Below, piece after piece: positions 18,799 through 27,967 of a stretch of 46,446 bases of DNA (the first letter of the stretch is position 1; every line of letters starts with the position of its first letter). The translations under genes and the position numbers were made by a program. Under the pieces are notes generated by a model, which was not told the DNA's origin, ran no database searches, and was given only the letters and a program-made list of their open reading frames with translations. Origin of the DNA: Kurthia senegalensis (GTDB lineage: Bacteria > Bacteroidota > Bacteroidia > Bacteroidales > UBA932). The DNA lies in assembly GCA_963620825.1 (NCBI GenBank), contig CAVFAZ010000061.1, positions 1-46,446 on the forward strand, in the 5' to 3' direction.

Positions 18799-19361
18799 AA
18801 AGAATCTGTCTGATTATCACTGCATTGACCCTTTGCCTCACCGCCGCAGCCCAGCAGGTGACGGAGACGGACACGCAGATTCCGGAGGGCTACGAACTCG
18901 TGGACTCCCTTATATACGTGCCTACAGCCGGGGTTGATTCCACCCTGGCCGGACGCGACATATTCGATCTCATCGAGCCTTCCGTGCAGCAGCCGGACAA
19001 TGTCCGCAGCGGCTTCTCAAAGCACATCAAGGCCAACAAAGGCAAGGCTATCCACGGATACCGCGTCCGCATCTTCTTCGACAACAAGCAGGACGCCCGC
19101 TCAGCTTCGGAGCAGACAGTGAACCGTTTCCGCCAGACCCATCCGGGAGTGAGCGTCTATCGCAGTTACACCGCTCCGTTCTTCAAGGTGACGGTGGGCG
19201 ACTGCAGAACCCGTTCGGAGGCTATGCAGCTGCTGCAGAACGTAAAAGGCGACTGGCCGTCTGCCTTCGTGATAAAGGAAACCATCTCCTATCCTCCGGT
19301 CGATAAGAAGAAATCATACGTCGTCGATACCGTAAGGGTTCTCCGTCAGATTAAACGATAG
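18795..19361 (+). CDS. SPOR-domain (peptidoglycan-binding) protein
   Basis: Signal peptide; GYRVRIF...YTAPFFKVTVGDCRTRSEA...WPSAFVI is the Bacteroidota SPOR pattern. Confidence 0.85.
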   Translation: MKRICLIITALTLCLTAAAQQVTETDTQIPEGYELVDSLIYVPTAGVDSTLAGRDIFDLIEPSVQQPDNVRSGFSKHIKANKGKAIHGYRVRIFFDNKQDARSASEQTVNRFRQTHPGVSVYRSYTAPFFKVTVGDCRTRSEAMQLLQNVKGDWPSAFVIKETISYPPVDKKKSYVVDTVRVLRQIKR

Positions 19362-19364
19362 CTT

Positions 19365-20777
19365 ATGCTCAAGCAAGGTCTCGAAATAAAACAGACTCAG
19401 AAGCTTTCTCCGCTTCAGATCCAGACGATAAAGCTCATCGAGCTGCCTATCCAGGAGCTGGAGCAGCGGATTCGTGACGAGCTCGAGAGCAATCCCGTGC
19501 TCGACGACACCCCTGTGGAGAAGAAAGACGAGGACGGCGAGACCAAGGACGTGTCCCTCGACGAGATAAAGGACGACGATTACATCCCGTCCTACAAGCT
19601 CCGGGTGAACAATTACGGCAAGGACGAGCGGCCGGAGTACAACACTTTCTCAGTAAAGGAGAGTTTCAGCCAGAGTCTGCTCGACCAGCTGGGCTTCTGT
19701 CCTCTCAATGAGCATCAGATGGCTGTGGCCCGCTTTATCGTGGGTAGCATTGACGATGACGGATACCTGCGCAGAGATCTCGACTCCATAGTCGATGACA
19801 TAGCTTTCAGAGAGGGAATAGAGACTGATTATCAGGAAGTTGAAAAGCTTCTGAAGATTATTCAGAACTTCGATCCTCCCGGGATAGGGGCGCGGGACCT
19901 GCAGGAGTGCCTGCTGCTTCAGCTGAAGAGATTCCGTCCGAGCGAGGCCGTTTCCAATGCCGTCACGATAGTTCAGAATCACTTCAAGGAGTTTACCAGC
20001 AAGCACTTCGACAAGATGATGACCCGTATGGGCATCAGCCGCGAGCAGCTCAAGGAGGCCGTGGCAGTGATAGTCAAGCTGAATCCGTCCCCGGGCGGGC
20101 AGATTGACGACTCCTACAGCGACCAGGCCCAGCAGATCGTGCCGGATTTTCTCCTGGATTATGTTGACGGGCAGCTCAAGCTCACTATGCCGCGCTTCTC
20201 CGTGCCTGAACTTCGCGTGAACCGCAAGTATGCCGACCTTCTGGCAGCGTCCAAGGGCTCTTCCGAGCGCGCGCAGAAGGAGGCCGCGACTTTCGTGAAG
20301 CAGAAGCTCGACTCCGCGAAATGGTTCGTCGAGGCGCTCAAGCAGCGTCAGAACACGCTGATGAGCACGATGCAGGCCATCGTGGACTATCAGAAAGAAT
20401 ATTTTACCGACGGCGATGAGGCTCATCTCAAACCGATGGTACTCAAGGACATAGCCGAAATTACGGGCTTCGACATCTCCACGATTTCCCGCGTGGTGAA
20501 CAGCAAATACATCGAGACCCATTTCGGCATCTTCCCGCTCAAGTACTTCTTCTCGGAAGGCCTTGAGAATCAGGCGGGTGAGGAGGTTTCCACGCGCGAG
20601 CTGAAGAAGGCTCTCACAGATGCCGTGGATTCCGAGGACAAGAACAAGCCTCTCACGGACGACCAGCTCGTCGAGCGGATGAACGCTCTGGGATACAAGG
20701 TCGCCCGCCGCACCATAGCCAAATACCGCGACCAGCTCGGCATTCCGAAGGCGCGGCTCCGCAAGGAAATCCAGTAG
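19365..20777 (+). CDS. rpoN: RNA polymerase sigma-54 factor
   Basis: Region I QKLSPLQIQ, DPPGIGARDLQECL, PMVLKDIAE...STISR and the RpoN box ARRTIAKYR. Confidence 0.97.
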   Translation: MLKQGLEIKQTQKLSPLQIQTIKLIELPIQELEQRIRDELESNPVLDDTPVEKKDEDGETKDVSLDEIKDDDYIPSYKLRVNNYGKDERPEYNTFSVKESFSQSLLDQLGFCPLNEHQMAVARFIVGSIDDDGYLRRDLDSIVDDIAFREGIETDYQEVEKLLKIIQNFDPPGIGARDLQECLLLQLKRFRPSEAVSNAVTIVQNHFKEFTSKHFDKMMTRMGISREQLKEAVAVIVKLNPSPGGQIDDSYSDQAQQIVPDFLLDYVDGQLKLTMPRFSVPELRVNRKYADLLAASKGSSERAQKEAATFVKQKLDSAKWFVEALKQRQNTLMSTMQAIVDYQKEYFTDGDEAHLKPMVLKDIAEITGFDISTISRVVNSKYIETHFGIFPLKYFFSEGLENQAGEEVSTRELKKALTDAVDSEDKNKPLTDDQLVERMNALGYKVARRTIAKYRDQLGIPKARLRKEIQ

Positions 20778-20855
20778 CTCCCAAGCTGCTGTTTCAAGGG
20801 GCCGTTCCGGCCAATACCGGGACGGGATTATATTAATTACTAAACTTATAATATT

Positions 20856-21626
20856 ATGAAAATCAATGAAATCGCCCTGAGCGAAAGGCCCAGGGAAAAG
20901 ATGATGAAGCGCGGCGCCCAGGCTCTGAGCGACGGCGAACTCCTGGCAATTCTTCTCCGCAGCGGCACCAGCCGCGCAAGTGCTCTCGAACTCTCGCAGA
21001 CGCTCCTTCGCGACGCGGACGGCAGACTGACCGTTCTCGCCGGACAGTCCGTTTCGCGGCTTTCAGCCAATCCGGGCATAGGTCCCTCGAAGGCCGTGAC
21101 AGTTCTCGCCGCGTTCGAGCTCGGACGCAGACTCGTCGCCGAAGACAATTCCCGTGAGTATCAGCAGATTATGGACCCGGAAGCCATCTACCGGATTATG
21201 ATTCCCCGTCTCAAGGGGCTCAGCCACGAAGAGTGCTGGGTGATGTATCTGGACCGCGCTCACCATCCCCTCTCCTGCGAGAGGCTGACGAGCGGCGGGT
21301 CCAGCGCAACGGTCATCGACAACAGGATGATAGTCCGCCGCGCCCTGGAGCTGCACGCCGACGCCCTTGCGCTGGTGCACAACCATCCTTCCGGCAGCCC
21401 GCGTCCGGGCAAGGCGGACATCGAGATGACCGGCCGCCTCAAGAAGGCCGCCGGCCAATTCGACATCCGTATTCTGGATCACGTCGTGGTCTCAGACAGC
21501 AGCTATTTCAGTTTCGCCGACGAGCAGGTCTATATGGCGGACTCCCGCCCTTCCCAAATCGCTCAGGTGGCGGAGGATATCCGGCGGAGCGGGGAGAGTT
21601 CCACGGAACAGGACTTTGAGGACTGA
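20856..21626 (+). CDS. radC: RadC-family JAB/MPN domain protein (full-length type)
   Basis: ERPREK, LSDGELLAILL, HhH GIGPSKA, HNHPSG and LDHVVV motifs. Confidence 0.93.
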   Translation: MKINEIALSERPREKMMKRGAQALSDGELLAILLRSGTSRASALELSQTLLRDADGRLTVLAGQSVSRLSANPGIGPSKAVTVLAAFELGRRLVAEDNSREYQQIMDPEAIYRIMIPRLKGLSHEECWVMYLDRAHHPLSCERLTSGGSSATVIDNRMIVRRALELHADALALVHNHPSGSPRPGKADIEMTGRLKKAAGQFDIRILDHVVVSDSSYFSFADEQVYMADSRPSQIAQVAEDIRRSGESSTEQDFED

Positions 21627-21665
21627 TTCTGGCTCCCGGCAGGGGAATCTTTCCGGATAATTGCG

Positions 21666-21673
21666 TATATTTG
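21666..21673 (+). promoter_or_regulatory. Sigma-A -7 box
   Basis: TATATTTG 27 bp upstream of the ATG at 21700. Confidence 0.65.
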
Positions 21674-21699
21674 CCCGATTTGAACCATCATTCAGAATT

Positions 21700-23484
21700 A
21701 TGAAGAAAGAGATAAAATTCTCCCTCGTTTACAGGGATATGTGGCAGTCTTCCGGAAAGTATGTTCCCCGCCGGGACCAGCTCGTGGAAGTGGCTCCGGC
21801 CATCATCGATATGGGCTGTTTCGACCGTGTGGAGACCAACGGCGGTGCATTCGAACAGGTGAACCTGCTCTTCGGCGAGAATCCGAACCTGGCAGTGCGT
21901 GCCTGGACGGCGCCTTTCCACAAGGCCGGCATTCAGACACATATGCTCGAACGCGGATTGAACGCTCTGCGTATGAATCCGGTTCCGGCCGACGTGCGCG
22001 AACTGATGTTCAAGGTGAAGAAGGCTCAGGGGACGGACATCGCCCGTTCTTTCTGCGGACTTAACGACCACAGAAACCTGAAGCTCTCCGTGGAATATGC
22101 CAAGAAAGCCGGAATGATCTCACAGGCAGCGCTTTCCATCACCCATTCCCCGGTCCATACCGTGGAATACTATATGGGTGTGGTCGATAAGCTGGTGGAG
22201 TACGGCGCGGATGAGATCTGTCTCAAGGATATGGCCGGCGTCGGCCGTCCGAATGTCCTGGCCGAGATTACCCACGACATAAAGAAGAAATATCCCCATA
22301 TCATCGTCCAGTATCACGGCCATACGGGTCCGGGCTTCTCTCCGGCCTCGATGCTGGAAGTCGCCCGCGCAGGCGCGGACTATCTGGACGTGGCCGTCGA
22401 GCCTCTTTCCTGGGGCAAGGTCCATCCGGATGTCATAACCATCCGCGAGATGATGCGCTGCGACGGTTTCCTTGTGAAGGATCTGAATATGGATGCCTAT
22501 ATGGAGGTCCGCAGCCTCACCCAGAAGTTCATTGACGATTTCCTCGGCTACTGGATCAATCCTTCCAACTCCCTTATGACTTCGCTCCTTGTCGGCTGCG
22601 GTCTTCCGGGCGGTATGATGGGCTCGATGATGGCCGACCTGAAGGGCTTCAAGGACGCCATAAACGCCGCCGAGCGCCAGCACGGCGAACCTGTCAGCAG
22701 CCTGGACACCCTGATGGTCAAGCTCTTCCGTGAAGTGGAATATGTCTGGCCTCGCCTGGGCTATCCGCCGCTCGTGACTCCGTTCAGCCAGTATGTGAAG
22801 AACACAGCCCTGATGAATCTCTTCAATCTTGCCAGCGGAAAGCCTCGCTTCTCCACCATCGACAAGGACACTATGGGAATGATTCTGGGCAAGATGGGAA
22901 AACTCCCTGGCGAACTCGCCCCGGAAATCAGGCAGATCGTGAAGGAAAAGGGTCTGGAATTCCAGACCGGAAACCCTCAGGACAATTATCCGGACGAGCT
23001 GCCTAAGTTCCGTCAGATGATGAAGGACGAGGGCTGGGACGAGGGTCAGGACCAGGAGGAGCTCTTCGAACTGGCAATGCACGAGCGTCAGTACCGCGAC
23101 TTCCGCAGCGGTGTGGCCAAGGAGCGTTTCAACAGGGAACTCGAGGATTTCCGCGCGAAGGCCGGCGCCCCTGTAGTGGTAACCCGTCCTGTAGTGGAGA
23201 TGCCTGAGTTCGACATCAAGGCATATACCGACAAATACCCGGCAGCGGTGCCTGTACAGGCTCCCGTGAAGGGGAAACTGCTCTGGCAGATCGATGTGGA
23301 CGACGCTTCCGCCGCCCCGGTGGCCGGGACCGAAGTGAAGGCCGGAGTCCCTTGCGGCTATGTTCAGACCTACTACGGTATGGAAGAACTCATCCCTGCA
23401 GTCGATGGCCGTCTGGTGGCAGTCACCGGCGCCCAGGGCAAGGATGTCGCGAAGGGCGAAATCGTCGCCTTGATAGTTTCGTAA
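21700..23484 (+). CDS. Oxaloacetate decarboxylase alpha / pyruvate carboxylase subunit B-like carboxyltransferase
   Basis: RDMWQS, ETNGGA, CLKDMAG, HGH, PGGMMGSM and GYPPLVTPFSQ motifs, plus a C-terminal biotinyl/lipoyl-like fold. Start MKKEIKF at 21700. Confidence 0.9.
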   Translation: MKKEIKFSLVYRDMWQSSGKYVPRRDQLVEVAPAIIDMGCFDRVETNGGAFEQVNLLFGENPNLAVRAWTAPFHKAGIQTHMLERGLNALRMNPVPADVRELMFKVKKAQGTDIARSFCGLNDHRNLKLSVEYAKKAGMISQAALSITHSPVHTVEYYMGVVDKLVEYGADEICLKDMAGVGRPNVLAEITHDIKKKYPHIIVQYHGHTGPGFSPASMLEVARAGADYLDVAVEPLSWGKVHPDVITIREMMRCDGFLVKDLNMDAYMEVRSLTQKFIDDFLGYWINPSNSLMTSLLVGCGLPGGMMGSMMADLKGFKDAINAAERQHGEPVSSLDTLMVKLFREVEYVWPRLGYPPLVTPFSQYVKNTALMNLFNLASGKPRFSTIDKDTMGMILGKMGKLPGELAPEIRQIVKEKGLEFQTGNPQDNYPDELPKFRQMMKDEGWDEGQDQEELFELAMHERQYRDFRSGVAKERFNRELEDFRAKAGAPVVVTRPVVEMPEFDIKAYTDKYPAAVPVQAPVKGKLLWQIDVDDASAAPVAGTEVKAGVPCGYVQTYYGMEELIPAVDGRLVAVTGAQGKDVAKGEIVALIVS

Positions 23485-23497
23485 AGTTTTGACACAC

Positions 23498-23542
23498 AAA
23501 AATTAAGGAGGCCTCCCAAGCACGGAGCCCTCCTTAATTTTT
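23498..23542. terminator. Bidirectional intrinsic terminator between convergent genes
   Basis: AAAAATTAAGGAGG...CCTCCTTAATTTTT 14-bp arms with an inner CTCC/GGAG stem. Confidence 0.85.
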
Positions 23543-23561
23543 CATATTTGCCGGAACGACG

Positions 23562-25244
23562 TTATTTCACCGAAAGCAGCGTCCTGGCATTGGCCACCGC
23601 CTCGGGAGAGATGTCCGAGCCGGAGAGCATGCGGGCGAGCTCCATCACGCGCCCCTGAGTGTCGAGCGGAGTTATGCTGGAGCGGAAATTCCCGTTCTCC
23701 TCCACCAGGGCCTTGCTCACCAGGTAATGCACATCGCCCTTGGCCGCCACCTGAGGGAGATGGGTTATGGCGAAGACCTGCATCTTCTTTCCGAGTTCGC
23801 AGATCATCCGGCCCATCTTGTCCGCCACGCTTCCGGAGACTCCGGTGTCGATTTCGTCGAAAATCATAGTCGGCATCTGGGTGAGACCGGCCATCATTGC
23901 CTTGAGGGACAGCATAATGCGGGAAAGTTCGCCGCCGGACGCGCAGCGTGCGACATCCACAGGATTCTTTCCGGATGCGGAGAAAAGGAAGGAAACTGCA
24001 TCACAGCCGTCGGCTGCAGGCGCAGCCTGAGAAACTTCCACGCGGAAACAGGCCCGTTCCAGTTCCAGGAACCGAAGGCTGTCTTCCACTGCGGCGGAGA
24101 ATGGCTGAGCGGCGGCTTTGCGGAGTTCGCTCAGCTTCTGGCTTACGGCATCATATTGTTTTTGAGCCTCTCCGGCGGCCTTCTGCAGTTCGGCGATCTT
24201 CTCCTCGAGAGCTGAGGAATCCACAAGGTCCTCAGAGTAGCGGTCGCGTACTTCTATGAGCTCGGCGATGTTCCGGCATCCGTGCTTTTTCATCAGCTCA
24301 TAAAGCTGCGACATCCTGTCCTCCACCGTCTGCAGCCGCTCGGCTGAGACGTCAATGCCGGAATTGAGCTCGGAAATCTCGCTGACGATATCGTCCAATT
24401 CGATTCTCGAAGATTCGAGCCTGTCTGCAAGACTCTGTGCTGCAGGGATATAAGAGGTTATCTTCTGCAGTCTCCGTGCGCTTTCGCGCAATGCCTCACT
24501 GACTCCCGGAATCTCCCCTGAGTTTTCCTGCGGGGAGAGCGCGCCTTCGGCGGCGCAGAGATTCTCCTTGATTTCCTCGGCATTGGCCAGGGCCTTCTGC
24601 TCCTGCTCGAGTTCCTCGAGCTCCCCGTCGCGAAGTTTCGCGGCCTCCAGCTGCGTCAGCTGCGCTTCGTTGTAGTGCCGGCTTTGTGAAAGCTCCTCGA
24701 AACGCTTCTTCGCATCTTCGAGTTCTGCGTTCAGGGAGTGCAGTTTCGCAAACGCGGCGCGGCACCCGGCGAGAATCTCGCCGTCTTTTGCATAAAGGTC
24801 CAGGGCTGAAAGCTGGAAATGCTTGTCTGTGAGTATCAGGCTCTTATGCTGTGAATGAATGTCCACAAGCGATGCGGCCAGCTCCGAGAGCAGGTTCAGA
24901 GGCACCGGACTGTCGTTCACGAAGGAACGCGAGCGTCCGGACTTGTGGATGACGCGGCGGATGATCATTTCTCCCCCGTTCCATTCCACCTCATTGGCCT
25001 CAAGGAGGCCGCGTAATTTTTCATCGTCCGGAGGAAGCGTGAACTCCGCCTCGACCACGCACGACTCCGCCCCCTCGCTTATCTGGGAGGCGTCCGCCTT
25101 GGCGCCGGTCAGCAGCGACAGTGCCCCGAGCAGGATGGACTTTCCGGCTCCGGTCTGGCCCGTAATAATGATTAGACCCTCCGGAAATGTGATTTCCAAA
25201 GAGTCTATCAATACGTAGTTGCTGATGCTCAGGCGGGTCAGCAT
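23562..25244 (-). CDS. recN: DNA repair protein RecN
   Basis: TGQTGAGKS Walker A, DIHSQH, coiled coil, ASGGELSR, FDEIDTGVSG and ITHLPQVA motifs. Confidence 0.97.
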   Translation of the reverse strand: MLTRLSISNYVLIDSLEITFPEGLIIITGQTGAGKSILLGALSLLTGAKADASQISEGAESCVVEAEFTLPPDDEKLRGLLEANEVEWNGGEMIIRRVIHKSGRSRSFVNDSPVPLNLLSELAASLVDIHSQHKSLILTDKHFQLSALDLYAKDGEILAGCRAAFAKLHSLNAELEDAKKRFEELSQSRHYNEAQLTQLEAAKLRDGELEELEQEQKALANAEEIKENLCAAEGALSPQENSGEIPGVSEALRESARRLQKITSYIPAAQSLADRLESSRIELDDIVSEISELNSGIDVSAERLQTVEDRMSQLYELMKKHGCRNIAELIEVRDRYSEDLVDSSALEEKIAELQKAAGEAQKQYDAVSQKLSELRKAAAQPFSAAVEDSLRFLELERACFRVEVSQAAPAADGCDAVSFLFSASGKNPVDVARCASGGELSRIMLSLKAMMAGLTQMPTMIFDEIDTGVSGSVADKMGRMICELGKKMQVFAITHLPQVAAKGDVHYLVSKALVEENGNFRSSITPLDTQGRVMELARMLSGSDISPEAVANARTLLSVK

Positions 25245-25250
25245 AGCTGT

Positions 25251-25586
25251 TTAGTCCTCCTTCTTCGCCTCGTCTTCCTGCGCTCTTCTGTAGAAGAGTT
25301 CGCCGTTCTCGAATTCGGCGATGGCCACGAGGTCCGGCTTAGGCTGTCTTTCGTAGTACTTGGAGATTTCGATCTGCTCCTTGTTCTCGAAAACTTCAGT
25401 CATGCTCTCGTGGTCGGTCTTGAAGTCCTCAAGCTTTTTGGTGAGTTCCTTCTTTTCGGCCAAAGCTATCTGATTGGCTCTCTTATAGAGGATTACCACT
25501 GACTCATAAATGTTGCCCGTAGGCTCTGCAAGATACTTTACGTCCCTTGTGATGGTGTTTGAAGGGACTTTCTTTGTTTTTTCCAT
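25251..25586 (-). CDS. rpoZ: DNA-directed RNA polymerase omega subunit (Bacteroidota type)
   Basis: TGNIYESVVILYKRANQI and EQIEISKYYERQPKP motifs; directly downstream of bamD as in other Bacteroidota. Confidence 0.88.
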   Translation of the reverse strand: MEKTKKVPSNTITRDVKYLAEPTGNIYESVVILYKRANQIALAEKKELTKKLEDFKTDHESMTEVFENKEQIEISKYYERQPKPDLVAIAEFENGELFYRRAQEDEAKKED

Positions 25587-25640
25587 TATTTAATAATCTA
25601 TTCTATATAGAATACTCCGCAGCAGCGGCGGATAGTTTCA

Positions 25641-26477
25641 TTATTTTTCGATATTTTCTTCGACAGGGGCTGCGCCGCTGTAGGAGCCGAGGAACTTGCG
25701 GGCGTGTTCATAGTTGTTGTCCAGCTCGTTGCGATGCCTGGACTCCGGGAATTCCCCGATGAAGTTCAGATAATCATCCACGAATACCATATAGCGCTCC
25801 TTCTTTTTCTCCTCGACACTGAGCTCGGCGTATTTGTAGGAAGCCATTGCGGTGTAATACACTATCTCCTCGCGGTAAATGTTCTCTGAATCGTCCTTCA
25901 GAACATTGCGCAGGGCCACCTGGGCAGCCTTGTAGTCCTCCATCTTGTAGTACAGCTTCGCGGCTTCGTAAGCCTTTCTGTCCAGTCTCTCGTTCAGGTC
26001 GGAGAGCATATTGTTGCAGACCTCGATGTATGGGGAGGCAGGATACTCGGACATATACTCGGTGATGGCCGAGATGGCGGTGTGCGTAGGGACCTGGTCC
26101 AGTTCGTAGCGCAGGGTGGAGCGGTACAGACAGTCCAGACGCAGGTATCTTGCGGTTTCTGAGAACGGGCTTCTCGGGAAATTCGCCATAAAGTTCGTGA
26201 AGTTGGTCTCCGCGGTGTAATAATCCTTCGCGCGGTAATTGCTCAAACCCCAGTAATATTGGACGGTATCGTCCCTTTCGGTTCCGCTGGAGATGGTGGA
26301 CAGCGACTCGAAAAGCTGGGCGGCCTTGTTGTATTTTCCCTGATTGAAGAACTCGAACGCCGCCGAGTATTTGGCGTCGGAGTCAGTACTGTTCAGAAGG
26401 GCTTCAAACTGCGACTTGCAGGCGAAGAGGCCTGCTGTCAGAACGATGACGGCGCAGAAGCGCAAGATTTTTTTCAT
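25641..26477 (-). CDS. bamD: Outer membrane protein assembly factor BamD (lipoprotein)
   Basis: LFAC lipobox, TPR repeats, FPRSPF and LDQVPT motifs. Confidence 0.92.
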   Translation of the reverse strand: MKKILRFCAVIVLTAGLFACKSQFEALLNSTDSDAKYSAAFEFFNQGKYNKAAQLFESLSTISSGTERDDTVQYYWGLSNYRAKDYYTAETNFTNFMANFPRSPFSETARYLRLDCLYRSTLRYELDQVPTHTAISAITEYMSEYPASPYIEVCNNMLSDLNERLDRKAYEAAKLYYKMEDYKAAQVALRNVLKDDSENIYREEIVYYTAMASYKYAELSVEEKKKERYMVFVDDYLNFIGEFPESRHRNELDNNYEHARKFLGSYSGAAPVEENIEK

Positions 26478-26489
26478 TATGCTAAACTT

Positions 26490-27413
26490 TTATATTCCCT
26501 TGAGGTATCTTTCTGCATCCAGAGCGGCCCTGCAGCCCGCCGCAGCGGCGTTTATGGCCTGGCGGTAGCTCGGGTCCTGGACATCGCCGGCGGCGAAAAC
26601 ACCCTCCCGGCTCGTTTTCGTGGACTTGCCTTCAGTGATGATATAGCCTTGAGCGTCAGTGTCCAGCCAATCTCTGAAAAGATCCGAGTTCGGGTGGTGC
26701 CCGATGGCCAGAAAGAAACCATCGACACTGATATCAAAAATCTCGCCATCTTTTCTCTGAAGTCTCGCTCCCGTCACTCCGTCCTCGTCTCCCAGCACTT
26801 CCAGAGTGTTGCAGTTCCAGAGGATCTCGATGTTCGGGCAGGCTTTCACGCGCTCCTGCATAGCATTGGACGCGCGGAGAGCGTCCCTGCGGACTATCAT
26901 ATAGACTTTCCGGCAGAGGCCTGCGAGGTAGGTCGCCTCTTCGCACGCCGTGTCGCCGCCGCCCACGACCGCGACGTCGCGCTTGCGGTAGAAGAAACCG
27001 TCGCAGGTGGCGCAGGCGGAAACTCCCATTCCGCGGAACTTGCGCTCGGACGGCAGACCGAGGTAGCGGGCGGAGGCGCCTGTGGCAATGATGACAGCGT
27101 CTGCGCTTATCTGCTCGCCGCTGTCAATGGTAACGCGGTATGGTTTCCCGCTGAAATCCGCTGCGCTGACGCTTCCCCTGCGGATGTCTGCGCCGAGGCG
27201 GACGGCCTGTTTGCGCATGTCCGACATAAGGGTGTTGGCGTCAACTCCGTTCTCATAACCCGGCCAGTTTTCTATGACTGTCGTGGTGGTGAGCTGTCCG
27301 CCGGGCTCCAGGCCTTCGTAGAGGACCGGGGAGAGCGCAGCTCTGGATGCATATATCGCAGCTGTGTATCCGGCTGGTCCGGCGCCGATTATGAGGCATT
27401 TTACGTGTTCCAT
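26490..27413 (-). CDS. trxB: Thioredoxin-disulfide reductase
   Basis: GAGPAG, GGQLTTT, CATCDG active site, GGGDTA and FAAGDV motifs. Confidence 0.97.
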   Translation of the reverse strand: MEHVKCLIIGAGPAGYTAAIYASRAALSPVLYEGLEPGGQLTTTTVIENWPGYENGVDANTLMSDMRKQAVRLGADIRRGSVSAADFSGKPYRVTIDSGEQISADAVIIATGASARYLGLPSERKFRGMGVSACATCDGFFYRKRDVAVVGGGDTACEEATYLAGLCRKVYMIVRRDALRASNAMQERVKACPNIEILWNCNTLEVLGDEDGVTGARLQRKDGEIFDISVDGFFLAIGHHPNSDLFRDWLDTDAQGYIITEGKSTKTSREGVFAAGDVQDPSYRQAINAAAAGCRAALDAERYLKGI

Positions 27414-27431
27414 ATCTTCGTTTCAAACGTG

Positions 27432-27477
27432 CAAAGTTAATGATTTTTGCTGATAAATGTTAAAATACTTACCTTTG
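27432..27477. promoter_or_regulatory. Divergent sigma-A -7 boxes for trxB and the PerR-like gene
   Basis: TAACTTTG on minus (27432-27439) and TACCTTTG on plus (27470-27477). Confidence 0.65.
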
Positions 27478-27495
27478 CGCATTACGTCTAATCTT

Positions 27496-27954
27496 ATGAA
27501 TCAGGGAAAAGTGCAGTTGACTCCGATGGATGAGTTCAAACAGGTCCTCAAGAGCCATTCGCTGAAGGCGACTTCGCAGAGGCTTATGGTCCACAAGGCT
27601 ATGCTGGAACTCGGACACGCGAGTGCGGATATGGTGTGCGAGAGAATCGGTCACGAGCCGGGCGGAGGCGTCTCGGTGGCTTCCGTCTATAATATTCTCA
27701 CACAGATGGCAGAACTCGGGGTCTATCAGCACAGGATGAGCAGCAACAACAAGATGTACTTTGACGTCAACACTTTCAGGCACATACATCTGTATGATGC
27801 TGTAAACAACGAGTACAGGGACGTGCTCGATGACGAGCTGCTCGCACTGGTGGAGAATCATCTGAAGGATCGGCGTTTCCGCGGATACAAGGTGGATTCG
27901 GTCGATATCCAGATAGTCTGCCATCCGAGCAGGAAAACGGTGAAAAAATCTTAA
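27496..27954 (+). CDS. Fur-family regulator, PerR/Irr-like, lacking CxxC motifs
   Basis: LKATSQR, HASAD, SVASVYNIL winged helix, and YFD...HIH...RD metal ligands. Start MNQGK at 27496 lies downstream of the promoter. Confidence 0.88.
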   Translation: MNQGKVQLTPMDEFKQVLKSHSLKATSQRLMVHKAMLELGHASADMVCERIGHEPGGGVSVASVYNILTQMAELGVYQHRMSSNNKMYFDVNTFRHIHLYDAVNNEYRDVLDDELLALVENHLKDRRFRGYKVDSVDIQIVCHPSRKTVKKS

Positions 27955-27967
27955 CATTTTTATATAC

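Noticed and set aside
20004..20015. CACTTCGACAAG in rpoN matching the reverse strand of the REP family
   Set aside because: Only 12 nt match, within normal RpoN coding sequence (HFDK) with no length insertion, so it is likely chance.
20856..21626. radC as a marker of a mobile element or anti-restriction locus
   Set aside because: It is the full-length chromosomal type with the N-terminal HhH region, among core genes, with no integrase or plasmid genes nearby.
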